DNA of 63,440 nt from Abditibacteriaceae bacterium (lineage in GTDB: Bacteria; Armatimonadota; Abditibacteriia; Abditibacteriales; Abditibacteriaceae), in NCBI GenBank assembly GCA_031372065.1, contig JANMKN010000032.1, positions 1 to 63,440 on the forward strand, written 5' to 3'. The position numbers were made by a program, and so were the translations under genes. Below, piece by piece: positions 51,381 through 61,831 of this stretch. Every line of letters starts with the position of its first letter. The first letter of the stretch is position 1. The notes under the pieces are model-generated. The model worked only from the letters and a program-made list of their open reading frames with translations. It did no database searches and was not told the origin of the DNA.

Positions 51381-51881
51381 TCAGCAATAAAAATCAGGCG
51401 CAAGCTGAAGTTTTATGTCGCTTCGCGGCCCCTCAAATTCTGTCCGAATTTCGACTTCGCTGCCTGTAACCTTCACTTGTATAGCAGTTGACAGGCTGGT
51501 GCCGCGCGGATTCGAGAGATTTTCCCATTTCAATCCGGTGCCTTTTTGCTGCTCGGCAATCGTTAGAAGTTCTTCAATGGTGCGCACGTCGCGTTCAATT
51601 TCCGCCACAAAGCGGGCAATATCAACGGCATATTCGCCGCCGCGCGCAATCTGCGTGATTTGACTGGTAGAACCGTGAATTTCAAGGCGCTTACAGCGCT
51701 TTTCCATGACTAAATGCCGAAAAACGCCGCGCCGCTCGGCCACAGTTTGCGGAAGCGGCTCATTTCGATACCAAAGCGCAAACAAAACCGCCGTGCCATC
51801 GGCGCAAATTTCGATGCCATCCATCAACATCGCCAGCAGCATCTCACAGGATGCCGGGGAATCAGAAACAAGTTCGCTCAC
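51381..51881 (-). CDS. Hypothetical protein
   Basis: 166-aa ORF co-oriented with neighbours; no motif recognised; start uncertain. Confidence 0.45.
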   Translation of the reverse strand: MSELVSDSPASCEMLLAMLMDGIEICADGTAVLFALWYRNEPLPQTVAERRGVFRHLVMEKRCKRLEIHGSTSQITQIARGGEYAVDIARFVAEIERDVRTIEELLTIAEQQKGTGLKWENLSNPRGTSLSTAIQVKVTGSEVEIRTEFEGPRSDIKLQLAPDFYC

Positions 51882-51944
51882 GGGAATAGATTATAAATTG
51901 CTTACCGGCCGACATTCCATCCGCCATCAGTTAACACTGTCTCA

Positions 51945-52574
51945 CTAACTTTTCAGCCAGAGAGCCGCTTCGTGAAAAGACTCATGGAGATGTGCTTTTC
52001 TGGCCTCGCGCACTGCTGAGTCAGAATGCCAAAAGGCCTGCCGACTGGTGTGATAGGTAGCGATTGCACGCAGTTTTCGTTCGGCGACCAGCGTCGGATA
52101 ACGCCGAATGAGACGTTTCCATCCATTCAAAGCGTCACCACCGTGCAGCATGATAACCTTGAGTTTAGGTATTTCGCCAATAATCTTCCTCAATGGCTCA
52201 ACACCAGCATCCAGTTCCTCGGCCTTAGGCGCGCGGTTTATATACCATGGATAGGCGTTCCACGGGATAATATCTTCCGCACCAATTCCAGCCATAGTAA
52301 ACAGTCCACAAAGAGTTTCGGCAGTCACGTCGTCGTTTTCCATGCAGAGAAAGCCGCTACCTATGTTGTCTTGGGTCTTTGGCCCCGGATCGCGTAGCAC
52401 GCTTAAAAGCCGGGCATTAACTCCGCCATACAGCGGTGCGATGTAGGGTGCCCAGCCTCGTTCTGGATCGCTGCGCAGTTCATCAACTATTCGGTTGAGA
52501 GGAGCGATGTGTTCGTCAAAGCGGTGTTCCCACTGGTCATTGCGAAATGTCGCATCAGCCATACGTCGTGCCAT
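51945..52574 (-). CDS. Uracil-DNA glycosylase-like family protein
   Basis: LRDPGP, PWNAYPW, TYHTS; GGGAGG RBS. Confidence 0.7.
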   Translation of the reverse strand: MARRMADATFRNDQWEHRFDEHIAPLNRIVDELRSDPERGWAPYIAPLYGGVNARLLSVLRDPGPKTQDNIGSGFLCMENDDVTAETLCGLFTMAGIGAEDIIPWNAYPWYINRAPKAEELDAGVEPLRKIIGEIPKLKVIMLHGGDALNGWKRLIRRYPTLVAERKLRAIATYHTSRQAFWHSDSAVREARKAHLHESFHEAALWLKS

Positions 52575-52587
52575 TGCAAACCTCCCT

Positions 52588-53340
52588 CTATTTCCCTGCA
52601 TTCCAGCCGCCGTCAATGATAAGGGCTTCGCCAGTGACGAAAGCGGCTTCGTCGGAGACTAAATACAAGGCGGCGGCGGCGATTTCATCGGGGCGTCCCA
52701 TGCGGCCTACGGGCTGCGTGGAACTCATATCACGATAGGCTTGCTGCGGGTCGGGATATTCTTTTAAGCGCGCCGTAACGAACGGCGTTTCGACGCGCGC
52801 CGGGCAAATGCAATTGGCGCGGATGCCTTGATGGGCGTGGTCAATTGCAATCGCTTTGGTGATGCCGACGACGGCGAATTTGGTGGTGCAATAGGCGAAA
52901 CGGTCGCGCACACCGGTGATACCTCCGATGGACGACATCGAAACAATGGCGCCGCCGCCGTTTTCAATCATCGAAGGCAAAAATGCTTTGCAGCCGTTGA
53001 AAACGCCGCGCACGTTGACGGCCAATAATCGCTCTAAATCGGCGCCTTCGCATTGTAAAATCGTGCCGACGTGCCCGATTCCGGCGATATTCGCCAGAAT
53101 ATCACAGCGGCCTTTTTCGGATAAAACCTGTGCGGCGATTTCGTCGTAAGATTTTTCGTCGCTTACGTCCAGTAGCACAAACGTGCCGCCAATTTCTGAG
53201 GCGACACGCGTGCCATTTTCTTCGTCGCGGTCAGCGCAGTAAACAAAGGCGCCCTGCGCGCCAAACGTGCGCGCGATAGCCTCACCGATGCCACTGCCGG
53301 CGCCGGTTACAAAAGCGATTTTGTTGTCAAGTTGGAACAT
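52588..53340 (-). CDS. SDR oxidoreductase (keto-deoxy sugar acid dehydrogenase-like)
   Basis: TGAGSGIG, YCTTK, QPVGRMG. Confidence 0.92.
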   Translation of the reverse strand: MFQLDNKIAFVTGAGSGIGEAIARTFGAQGAFVYCADRDEENGTRVASEIGGTFVLLDVSDEKSYDEIAAQVLSEKGRCDILANIAGIGHVGTILQCEGADLERLLAVNVRGVFNGCKAFLPSMIENGGGAIVSMSSIGGITGVRDRFAYCTTKFAVVGITKAIAIDHAHQGIRANCICPARVETPFVTARLKEYPDPQQAYRDMSSTQPVGRMGRPDEIAAAALYLVSDEAAFVTGEALIIDGGWNAGK

Positions 53341-53373
53341 AATTCTGTGGCGGTTAGTGAAAGATTCTGGTTG

Positions 53374-54411
53374 CTACTGTTTACCACCGGCATCGCGCAT
53401 TGCCTGGACGATTTTTTTGACGACCTCGGCGTCCAGAGCGCGACCAAATTTTACGTCGCAATAAATTGCCGTTTTTGCATCCATGTCAAAGTGCCACTGC
53501 TGCCGCGCCCAGTATGGCTCTTGGTGTAGCTCAAGTTTTTCGGGTGCCTCGGTGAATAGTCGAGCACCTCCATTGACGTAAACGTCTCCCTTTTGCAGTT
53601 CGATCACAAAACCTTTGCCTGTCGGCCCTAATTCCTCATGAGCATTCGGGCTGAACTCTCCATTCGGCCTGGAATAGTAGACCGTAAATTTTCGACTCAA
53701 ATAGCCAATACGCGCCTGGGTGGGATTGTCCCGTATCGTTTCGAGTTTTTCAATCGGCACTAAATCACGCAGCCGCATCAGCAGGCGCGACTCAACTTCG
53801 GCCATTGATGGTTCAAGAATTACTGGCGGAGTAGGAAGGCCGTATCGCTTTTGCGTGGCTGCAAAAGCGTCTGAAATCGCCTTTTCGATTTGCGGACTGA
53901 TGAGTGGGCCAAAAGTGCACCATACCCCTAATTTTTCTTGATTGCCTTTGGCTCCCCGAACCAGTGCTTCCCACGTTCTCACTTTCCAGTAAAGCCGAGT
54001 TTCCGAATTTTCTTTGACCTCCCGGAAACTCCAACCCGTTGCATCCTGCGAATTCGCCCCCAAATAAAAACCTTCAGCATCCGGCGAATTGGATTCAATT
54101 GCCTCTAAGTAACGCCCTTTCTTCGGATTTTTCTCATCCTTTTCCAACTGATGAAGCATGAATTTTCTGCTTTTGAAATTTACAGCGAGATCCTCTCGCT
54201 CGTTATAGCGGAACACTGTCTCCGGCGCTAAATTTTCAAGGGATGCGCGTAAGGTATCGTCAAAAAAAGCCAGTGCAGGCGAACAATTTTTTGGACGTCC
54301 GGCGGGGCGATTATCAGGCGGTTGTGCCCGCACCGACACGGCAAAACAAAGAACGGTAATCAAAGCGATTTTACTGGTGAGCGTAAACATTTTGATTAAA
54401 CGGGCAAACAC
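53374..54411 (-). CDS. Secreted hypothetical protein with an internally duplicated domain
   Basis: Signal peptide; SRKF...GF...YW...FG pattern occurs twice. Confidence 0.65.
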   Translation of the reverse strand: MFARLIKMFTLTSKIALITVLCFAVSVRAQPPDNRPAGRPKNCSPALAFFDDTLRASLENLAPETVFRYNEREDLAVNFKSRKFMLHQLEKDEKNPKKGRYLEAIESNSPDAEGFYLGANSQDATGWSFREVKENSETRLYWKVRTWEALVRGAKGNQEKLGVWCTFGPLISPQIEKAISDAFAATQKRYGLPTPPVILEPSMAEVESRLLMRLRDLVPIEKLETIRDNPTQARIGYLSRKFTVYYSRPNGEFSPNAHEELGPTGKGFVIELQKGDVYVNGGARLFTEAPEKLELHQEPYWARQQWHFDMDAKTAIYCDVKFGRALDAEVVKKIVQAMRDAGGKQ

Positions 54412-55607
54412 GAAGGGCCGATTGGCTCGAAGGATTTGTAAACCATGATGAACTCTTGATGACCGAGTTCTTCGGATTTGGTTTGCTGCCCATCGGCAAC
54501 GCTCAAAACCAAATCGTAAATCTCTTGGCCGACTTCATCCAGCGTCGCCGCGCCTTCCAAAACGCGGCCCGCGTTGACATCCATATCGTCTTCCATGCGC
54601 CGATAAGTTTCGGGATTTGCGCACACTTTAATGACCGGCGAAATGGCCGAACCGACAACAGAGCCGCGCCCTGTGGCAAACAAAATAACGTGCGAACCGC
54701 AAGCGATTAATTCGCCGATTTCCTGATTGTCGCTGATATTCGGGAAGCCAAAACGCACCGGGCCATCGGGCACTACATCCAATAAAAACAAGCCACCCTT
54801 GCCGGGCACATCGCCCGGTTTAATCAGACCCGCAATGGGAGAAGCGCCACTTTTGGCGTAGGCGCCCATGCTTTTTTCTTCTTGCGTGGTCAGGCCGCCT
54901 TCGGCGTTGCCCGGCGCAAAAGAACCATGCCCTAAAACTGTGTAATAATGGGCCGCTTTTGCAACCGAAGCGACAAGTTCATCCGCCAATTCCGGCGTGG
55001 CCGCGCGACTTGCCATAATATTTTCGCAGCCGATGAGTTCGCCGGTTTCTTCAAAAATCGTGATGGCGCCATCGGCGACAAATTGGTCAAACGCGCGCCC
55101 GATAGCGGGATTGGCCGTCAGGCCGCTGGTCGCATCCGAGCCGCCGCAAACGGTGCCGATAATCAAATCTTTGGCCGTCATGGTTGCGCGCGGCGTGTTT
55201 TCCAGTTCGCGCCGCGTGTTTTCAATCCATTCGCGCCCGGCTTTAATCGTCGAACGCGTGCCGCCATCGCGTTGAATAATCAGCGTTTCCACGGGCCGTC
55301 CCGATGATTCGACAGTTTGCGCCAGCGTTTTGCGATCCATGCTTTCGCAGCCGAGCGACACCAAAAGCACCGCGCCGACATTGGGATGTGTGGTTAGTTT
55401 TTCCAACATTTTCTGCGCGTAGCCGTTGGGAAAACAACCCGGAAAGCCGATGACATGAACGCCCTGTTCGCGCCACGGCGCGGCGATTTCGCTCGCCACA
55501 TGACGCGCGCATTCGACCATATACGCCACCACGATCACATTGCGAATGCCCTTACGCCCATCAGCGCGCAAGTAGCCTTGCCACGCGGTTTTTGCTTCAA
55601 TGTTCAT
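54396..55607 (-). CDS. UxaA-family (altronate/galactarate) dehydratase, large subunit
   Basis: GIRN, LGCE, CGGSD, EEKSMG, TGRGS. Confidence 0.93.
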   Translation of the reverse strand: MNIEAKTAWQGYLRADGRKGIRNVIVVAYMVECARHVASEIAAPWREQGVHVIGFPGCFPNGYAQKMLEKLTTHPNVGAVLLVSLGCESMDRKTLAQTVESSGRPVETLIIQRDGGTRSTIKAGREWIENTRRELENTPRATMTAKDLIIGTVCGGSDATSGLTANPAIGRAFDQFVADGAITIFEETGELIGCENIMASRAATPELADELVASVAKAAHYYTVLGHGSFAPGNAEGGLTTQEEKSMGAYAKSGASPIAGLIKPGDVPGKGGLFLLDVVPDGPVRFGFPNISDNQEIGELIACGSHVILFATGRGSVVGSAISPVIKVCANPETYRRMEDDMDVNAGRVLEGAATLDEVGQEIYDLVLSVADGQQTKSEELGHQEFIMVYKSFEPIGPSCLPV

Positions 55608-55905
55608 CTACAAAACGTCCTTTTTCACGGTCATACGTCGGCAAATAATCGCTTTGCATATTGTGCAAATGCACAATCTCACCGGCTCGAATTGCTTGCT
55701 TGGCCGAGCCAATCGGCGCGCCGTATTTGAGAATCTTTTCGCCCGCTTCAATATCGCGCGCCGCCACTTTAAAACCCAGCGGAATCGAATTTTCCACAGC
55801 GATAGTCGCGCCGTCAATCGTCAAATTATCGCCCGCCTTGATGCCGCAACGCGCCACGAAAATGTTGTCATCCGGCGAAAGTTGGAGAAGTTTGTCATTC
55901 AACAT
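55597..55905 (-). CDS. UxaA-family SAF-domain small subunit
   Basis: DNIFVA, KYGAPIG, VHLHN. Confidence 0.9.
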   Translation of the reverse strand: MLNDKLLQLSPDDNIFVARCGIKAGDNLTIDGATIAVENSIPLGFKVAARDIEAGEKILKYGAPIGSAKQAIRAGEIVHLHNMQSDYLPTYDREKGRFVDEH

Positions 55906-56480
55906 GGCAGATCACCTATACTGCGAATTAAAATCGAGAATCGAGTATCTTCGCCGTCAGGCCAAAGCCAAATACTGTAGCCGAGATAGCACTCGCTGTG
56001 AGGATAATTCATAGTGTAAACCTCAGTCACGTTATCCGGTGGGCCTGTATAAGTGGGAATGATAAAACCGCCAGATAATTTTTCCGGCTGGCGAGACTCT
56101 GCAATAACTTTAGTGACCTCATCTGGTTTAAGTTTATAAGGCGGATAAAAAGCAGTTGCTCTATCGCCATCATCGTCAAATACAGGCACTTGTCTCAATT
56201 GGTTTGCCCAAGCGAATGCAACATTCTTAGGGTGCCCATGACACCAGCCGTCAATAAATTGAATGTTTCTTTTATACATTCCAATAGGCACAAAACTAGA
56301 GCGGCTAACGCTCACTTTTGCTCCCTTAGGCAGAACAAAATCTTTTGGCAACGGCCAACGCCAAAAGATTTTGTAAAAGCCAATCCCCAACAAACAAACG
56401 CAGGCGACGAAAACCCGCGCAATAAATTTTATCTTGCGCGCAAGCCAACTTTGTTTTTCCGGTGCTTCTGCCATTCTCAT
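55899..56480 (-). CDS. Membrane-anchored hypothetical protein
   Basis: 193 aa with N-terminal TM; overlaps the SAF gene start. Confidence 0.6.
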   Translation of the reverse strand: MRMAEAPEKQSWLARKIKFIARVFVACVCLLGIGFYKIFWRWPLPKDFVLPKGAKVSVSRSSFVPIGMYKRNIQFIDGWCHGHPKNVAFAWANQLRQVPVFDDDGDRATAFYPPYKLKPDEVTKVIAESRQPEKLSGGFIIPTYTGPPDNVTEVYTMNYPHSECYLGYSIWLWPDGEDTRFSILIRSIGDLPC

Positions 56481-56512
56481 TTAACCTTTTCATCACGCTC
56501 TGACTATCATTT

Positions 56513-57643
56513 TCAATCAGTCAAAATCGAAGGATCGGTTGGCATTGGCGGCAGCGGGTTGGGGCGCACGAGTTGGCCGCCGGTTTCGTAGCTTTCGATA
56601 ACAGCGAAGGTTTGCTCCAAAACGGCAAGGGCGTCGCGGCCCGAAGCACGAAGGTCGGGTTTGGGCACGTTGTTGGTGATGTCTTCAAAAAAGGCGTTAA
56701 GGCGATTGGTAAATGTTTCTCCAAAATCAATAGTGCCCGATTTGGTGACAACTGGCGCGTCTTCGCTGCCTTCAGGATGGTGCGCCGGCTGGCCGGGGCC
56801 ACGCTTGTCGTGCGCTTTCCAATAACTTACTTGTTCCACGCAGTTTTCGATGCAAAACGTGCCTTTGGTGCCACCAACTTCAACGCTCCACCAACCGCCG
56901 AGGCCATAAGAAGCATCGCCGCGTTGCGAGAGCAAATAACCGACAGCGCCATTGGCGTATTTAAGGTGGATACTGCACGTTGAAAGCAACAAATCGCCCA
57001 CCGAGCGACGAAAACCGGGGCGATCCAAAAACGCTTGCAAATGCGTCACTTCACCGCAGTAATAACGCATCACACTGAGTGGGTGCGACATGAACGCTTT
57101 CATGTGAAAATACGGAAAATCTTTCACTTTGGCCGCGCCGGGCGCCTTATAATTTTCGGTTTCGCCGCCTTGAAAGCCCATTTTCGCCAGACAAAACACC
57201 AGTTCGCCGATTTGCCCGTCGTCTTGATATTGCTTGGCGCGTTGCGCTGGCTCCGTGAAATAATGGTTCAAATTGCAGCCCAGATAAATGTCTTTTTCGG
57301 TGGCTTTGGCGACCATTTCGCGCGCTTGGTGAATATCGCTGGAAAGTGGCTTTTCCACGAGAACGTGCTTGCCCGCTTCCATCGCTTCCATCGCTGGGTC
57401 GTAGTGCCAACTGCCGTTTTCGAGGCCACCAGTGCAAACGTCAATGACATCCAATTCTTCGTTGGCGAGCATTTCTTTCAAACTGCCATAAAACTTCGCG
57501 CCGTGTTTTTCCGCCATCGCTTCGGCGCGTCCCGGAAACGCGTCGCATACTGCCACCAATTCCGCCAAGGGATTGTTTTTGTAAGCGGGCATATGCGAAT
57601 TCGCAATGCCCCGAAACCCGACCATGCCGACTTTCAATGCCAT
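56513..57643 (-). CDS. Gfo/Idh/MocA oxidoreductase
   Basis: N-terminal Rossmann fold; GKHVLVEKP. Confidence 0.92.
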   Translation of the reverse strand: MALKVGMVGFRGIANSHMPAYKNNPLAELVAVCDAFPGRAEAMAEKHGAKFYGSLKEMLANEELDVIDVCTGGLENGSWHYDPAMEAMEAGKHVLVEKPLSSDIHQAREMVAKATEKDIYLGCNLNHYFTEPAQRAKQYQDDGQIGELVFCLAKMGFQGGETENYKAPGAAKVKDFPYFHMKAFMSHPLSVMRYYCGEVTHLQAFLDRPGFRRSVGDLLLSTCSIHLKYANGAVGYLLSQRGDASYGLGGWWSVEVGGTKGTFCIENCVEQVSYWKAHDKRGPGQPAHHPEGSEDAPVVTKSGTIDFGETFTNRLNAFFEDITNNVPKPDLRASGRDALAVLEQTFAVIESYETGGQLVRPNPLPPMPTDPSILTD

Positions 57644-57668
57644 GAGTTTTCCCTTTCTGCAAAGTTAA

Positions 57669-57711
57669 AATAGGAACGCGGATTTCAGCGTATGAAATCC
57701 GCGTTCCTATT
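57669..57711. other. Intergenic stem-loop
   Basis: AATAGGAACGCGGATTTCA-gcgta-TGAAATCCGCGTTCCTATT. Confidence 0.6.
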
Positions 57712-57726
57712 TATCGTATGGATTTC

Positions 57727-59640
57727 TTACTTCTGTCCGCCCAAATCCTGAGCGCGTTTGGCGAGTTTTTGGTCGCCAGTGGTTTTGACAACTTGTGTCA
57801 TGGCCTCGGCAACAATGGCGGGCTGCGTTTTCGACAATTGCTCGCCAATAGTGACAGCCGCTGAACTGGCTTCTTCTTTGAGCGCGGGGTTTGCCAAATC
57901 TTGCAGCACCAGCGCCAGCGACTCAGCGGTGGGGATGCCACTTAAAGCGGTGAGAGCCAGACGCTTTTCTTCGGGGCGTTCGATTAAAGCGAGCGTTTCT
58001 TTAACGCTTGCTAATTTTTGCTCCGGCGTGCCGGTTTGCAGCGGAATCAAACGCAAAGCGCCGCGCAAAGCGAGAACCTTGTTGGCCGAAGCGGGCGGCG
58101 CTTTGGCGATGGCTATCAAATCGGGCACGGCTTCGGGCGTGGGCCAATCATACAAGTTGCGAATGGCATTGTCCCGCACTTCCGTTGTGGTATCGGCCAT
58201 CGCAATGCGCGTTTGCGCTAAGGCTTGCGGCCCGCCCACGCGTCGCAGCACGCGCAAAAGCGACAACTTGGCGGGCGTTGAGGCTTTGGGCAGAGCAACT
58301 GAAATCGGCTCGACGATGGACGCATCACGGTTACGCGCATAAATCGCCGAAAGAGCGCCTTCGGCGGCTTGTGTTGAAGTGCCGTCCGTTAAAATTTTGA
58401 CCAAAGCGGGCGCGTCGGCATTGCTGCCAATTTCGCCCAGCGCGCGAATGCTGGCGTTAGCAACATCCGCATCGGCATTGGTGGCGCCCACCAAAAGCTG
58501 AGGAATCGCGCCGGTCATGCGACGCTGAATAACAAGGTCAGCGCCCACCAAGCGCGCTTTGTTGTTATTCGCTTGCAGCATGGCGATAATCGGTGCTTCA
58601 GCTTCGCGGCCCTTAAAACCGACCAAGCCGGCACGCGCCGTTTTCGCGGCGTCATCGTCGCTGGCGGCTGCGAATTCAACTAACAACGGTATCGCCGCAG
58701 CGTCGCCGATTTGCACGAGGGATTTCACTGCCGAAGCGCGCAATTCGCCTTCGCTTTTGCGGGCAAGGGCCATCAACTGCGGCGCGGCGACTTTATCGCG
58801 GCGTGTGCCGAGAACTTGAACCAGCAAAAGCTGGCGATCTGCCGCGAGTTTGCCGGATTCGATTTCGGTAGCCAGCGCTTTGGTTGCCCCAGCGCTGGTG
58901 GTTTCCCGCGCGGCTTGAATGGCCGCCAAAGTCAGCGCGTTGTCATTGCCGCGCAACGCTTCCATCAAGAGCGGCAAACCTTGCTCCTGCCGCGCGATAA
59001 TGGCGCTGCGCAGGGCTGTCATGCGAATTGGCTGCGGCGCCGGTGCTTTGCGCAGCGCATCATAAACCGGTGCCGCTTCTTTGCGTGGCAGCGATTCAGC
59101 AACACGCAACAAGCCATCGTAAATCGCGGGCGTTGGTTTCGCCATCGCCGCCATCAACACTTTGGCCGCAGCCGCAGTGCCGATGCGTCCCAGCGCAACA
59201 GCGGCGGCATCGGCCACGTCCGCATCGCCGCCGTTGAGAAATCCGGCAAGTGTGGCAATGGCCGCTGTGTCATGTTCCGCGCCGACGCTGCTGATAACGC
59301 CGACAAGTGGCATACCTTTGACGGTGCCCAGCGCTTCGCGCAAGGCATCTTTGGAAGCCGCGTCGGGAATTTCTTCCAAGGCATAACGCGCCATGTGCGA
59401 GAGTTTTTCATCGCCGAGCAAAGCCGCCAGCGCGGGCACGGCGTCTTTGGTGCCGCCTATCGCTAACGAGCGGCAAGCATCTTGTTTATCTTTGAAAGCC
59501 GCGTCAGATTTGAGAGTTGCAATCAGCTTCGTCTCGACATCTTTGGGAAGCGGCGAGCCGACTTGGGCATGCGCCACGCCAAATTCAGCGCTGAGTAGCG
59601 CGATGGCGAGTAAAAAAGAGAATCTTGTTTTGATGATCAT
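57727..59640 (-). CDS. Secreted HEAT-repeat protein
   Basis: Signal peptide; repeated A..ALG.IG units; ATGA overlap with the upstream gene. Confidence 0.9.
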   Translation of the reverse strand: MIIKTRFSFLLAIALLSAEFGVAHAQVGSPLPKDVETKLIATLKSDAAFKDKQDACRSLAIGGTKDAVPALAALLGDEKLSHMARYALEEIPDAASKDALREALGTVKGMPLVGVISSVGAEHDTAAIATLAGFLNGGDADVADAAAVALGRIGTAAAAKVLMAAMAKPTPAIYDGLLRVAESLPRKEAAPVYDALRKAPAPQPIRMTALRSAIIARQEQGLPLLMEALRGNDNALTLAAIQAARETTSAGATKALATEIESGKLAADRQLLLVQVLGTRRDKVAAPQLMALARKSEGELRASAVKSLVQIGDAAAIPLLVEFAAASDDDAAKTARAGLVGFKGREAEAPIIAMLQANNNKARLVGADLVIQRRMTGAIPQLLVGATNADADVANASIRALGEIGSNADAPALVKILTDGTSTQAAEGALSAIYARNRDASIVEPISVALPKASTPAKLSLLRVLRRVGGPQALAQTRIAMADTTTEVRDNAIRNLYDWPTPEAVPDLIAIAKAPPASANKVLALRGALRLIPLQTGTPEQKLASVKETLALIERPEEKRLALTALSGIPTAESLALVLQDLANPALKEEASSAAVTIGEQLSKTQPAIVAEAMTQVVKTTGDQKLAKRAQDLGGQK

Positions 59641-60962
59641 ATTTTCCATGGCTCCCGTGTCGGGCGCGACAGCATACGGTTGGCTTCGTCGTCGTTGACG
59701 AACAATTCTTTGGCCGGATCGAAAGTCAGCTTGCGATTCAACTTCCATGCAATAGCCGCCGCATGACAGGTGATGTGCGAATGGCGCATCGTTTTGGAGT
59801 TGGCGTTGGTCAGGCCGCGCGAACGAATGCACTGGAAGAAGTTGGAAGTATGCGTGCCCGGATCGGTGCCCGCTCCGGCGCGCTTGAGCGCCAGCAACTC
59901 GCTTTTGAGCGCCGCGTTTGACACTTCGATGTTGCCGCTATCGCCGGTTTCAACCCAGCCTTCGTCGCCTTCATAACGCACCGGGCAAGTGCCCATCGCC
60001 GTGATGTATTGCGGGCTGCGGTCACCAAAGGGGTCTTTGAGGAAGTCCAGCACCAGCTTCACGCCGTTGGCATAGCGGCAGACGATTTTTTCCGGCTCCG
60101 TCCAATATTCAACGGGCATAGTGTCGTCGGCGCCGTTGGCCCACTGGCACAAATCCACCGTATGCGAACCCCATTCATTGACGCCAAAGCCGCTATCAAA
60201 GTCATCGAAACCGCGCCAACCGCCGGACACATAGCCAGCATTATACGGACGCCACGGCGCCGCGCCGAGCCACAAATCCCAGTCCACTTCTTCTTTGGGA
60301 GGCAATGGCTGTTCGGGCAGCCACTGACGCCCGCCGCCCGGCCTGACGATTCCAGCGTGCAAAGTGTGAATCTTGCCTAATTTGCCGCTTTGTGCCAGAT
60401 TAACGGCTGTTTGAAAATTGTTGATACTGCGGCGCTGCGTGCCGACCTGAAAAACACGTCCGTGACGGCGCACGGTATCGTCCACGGCCTGCACTTCGGC
60501 AACGCAAGTGCCGACGGGCTTTTCGGTGTAAACGTCTTTACCGGCGCGCGCGGCGTAAATCGAACCCATGCTGTGCCAGCGGTCACCCGTGGCAATCAAC
60601 ACGGCGTCAATATCGGGGCGGGCCAGCAGTTCGCGCAAATCGCGGTAAGTGCTGCAATCGTTGTTGCCATATTTCTGGTCGGCTACGGCTTTGATGGCTT
60701 CGCGCTGCTTGCGTTGAATATCGCAAATCGCCACGAATTGCATACCCGTTTCGCGCAGCATCGCGCCCAAAACATCCATGCCGCGATGCTGGATGCCGAT
60801 AGCGCCCAAAATGATTTTCGAGTTCGGCGCCACGGCGCCATCCAAGCCCAAAACACGCGACGAAACGACCAGCGGAAAGGCCAACGCGCTGCCTGTGGCA
60901 AACGACTTGTGCAGAAACTTCCGACGCGAGATTTTTGGTGTCGCGTTCTCTTCAGATGTCAT
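59637..60962 (-). CDS. Tat-exported Gfo/Idh/MocA oxidoreductase
   Basis: SRRKFL; GKDVYTEKP; GTQRRS; DWDLWLG. Confidence 0.93.
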   Translation of the reverse strand: MTSEENATPKISRRKFLHKSFATGSALAFPLVVSSRVLGLDGAVAPNSKIILGAIGIQHRGMDVLGAMLRETGMQFVAICDIQRKQREAIKAVADQKYGNNDCSTYRDLRELLARPDIDAVLIATGDRWHSMGSIYAARAGKDVYTEKPVGTCVAEVQAVDDTVRRHGRVFQVGTQRRSINNFQTAVNLAQSGKLGKIHTLHAGIVRPGGGRQWLPEQPLPPKEEVDWDLWLGAAPWRPYNAGYVSGGWRGFDDFDSGFGVNEWGSHTVDLCQWANGADDTMPVEYWTEPEKIVCRYANGVKLVLDFLKDPFGDRSPQYITAMGTCPVRYEGDEGWVETGDSGNIEVSNAALKSELLALKRAGAGTDPGTHTSNFFQCIRSRGLTNANSKTMRHSHITCHAAAIAWKLNRKLTFDPAKELFVNDDEANRMLSRPTREPWKI

Positions 60963-61096
60963 ATTTCTCCTTCAAATTGGTGCGGCGAGGGGATACCCAA
61001 ATGATTTTCATTTAAATGTAGAGAGTTTTCAACGGCTTTTGTTGCCAGATTTCAACCGCTGTTTATTGGCTGCGACTCTGTTTTTGCTCAAACTGC

Positions 61097-61159
61097 AAAA
61101 AACCCCATCCCATCCTGCCCGCAAGTGGGCGCCCGCTTGCGGGCAGGATTGGATGGGGG
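61097..61159 (-). terminator. Long stem-loop terminator downstream of the FN3 gene
   Basis: CCCCATCC-ATCCTGCCCGCAAG...CTTGCGGGCAGGAT-GGATGGGG with a T-run on the minus strand. Confidence 0.7.
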
Positions 61160-61174
61160 TGTCAGATTAATCTT

Positions 61175-61780
61175 TTAAATCGTTAGTTGCGCGCTATTGG
61201 AAACCGGGCCATCGCCCGCGTCGTTGAAGGCGATCACGGCGATTTCCCATGTGCCGGTGGGCAGGTCGCTAATTTCGGCCTCATCGCGCGTCACGACAGC
61301 GTGTAATGTCCACGCAGAGGTGCCTTGAGCGCGGCGCATCAGTTTGTAACCCGCCGCTTTGCCACCACCGCGCGGCTTTTTCCAGTCGAAATCTACTTCG
61401 CGTCCGTTGATTCCAACGATTTCAAAATCGCCGCATTGCGCGGGTTTTTGCAACGCGGTCGGGGCGGCGCGCTTGCCCCATTTGATGAGTCTCAACTGGG
61501 CTTCGGTGATGCCGGGCAAGCCTTCGGCCCAACGCAACAGCGCCTTCATGGCGTCGGTCAGCGTGCCGAATTTGGCGTTTTTGGCGTTGGTTTTGGCCTG
61601 CGCGATGGCGATGGCCTGCGTTTGCTCGGCGAGCGCCGTGACGCACTCGCTATTGGTCGTGCGCAGTTGAGCGGGCGTGACGGGCGGGTTGGCGAAAACA
61701 GTCGGGTTGTTCGCGATGCCGTCGGCGATGTCATCGGCCAACTGCATGACTGCCGCGTCTGCGATGGGAAACTGGGGCAT
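61175..61780 (-). CDS. Cytoplasmic protein: helical N-domain plus C-terminal fibronectin type III domain
   Basis: FDWKKP, GY, L.TGTWEIAVIAFNDAGDGPVS FN3 pattern; AAGGAG RBS; no signal peptide. Confidence 0.85.
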   Translation of the reverse strand: MPQFPIADAAVMQLADDIADGIANNPTVFANPPVTPAQLRTTNSECVTALAEQTQAIAIAQAKTNAKNAKFGTLTDAMKALLRWAEGLPGITEAQLRLIKWGKRAAPTALQKPAQCGDFEIVGINGREVDFDWKKPRGGGKAAGYKLMRRAQGTSAWTLHAVVTRDEAEISDLPTGTWEIAVIAFNDAGDGPVSNSAQLTI

Positions 61781-61831
61781 GATTTTTCTCCTTCGGGGAT
61801 GTAATTCCGATTTTATCGTATTGCACGTTGC

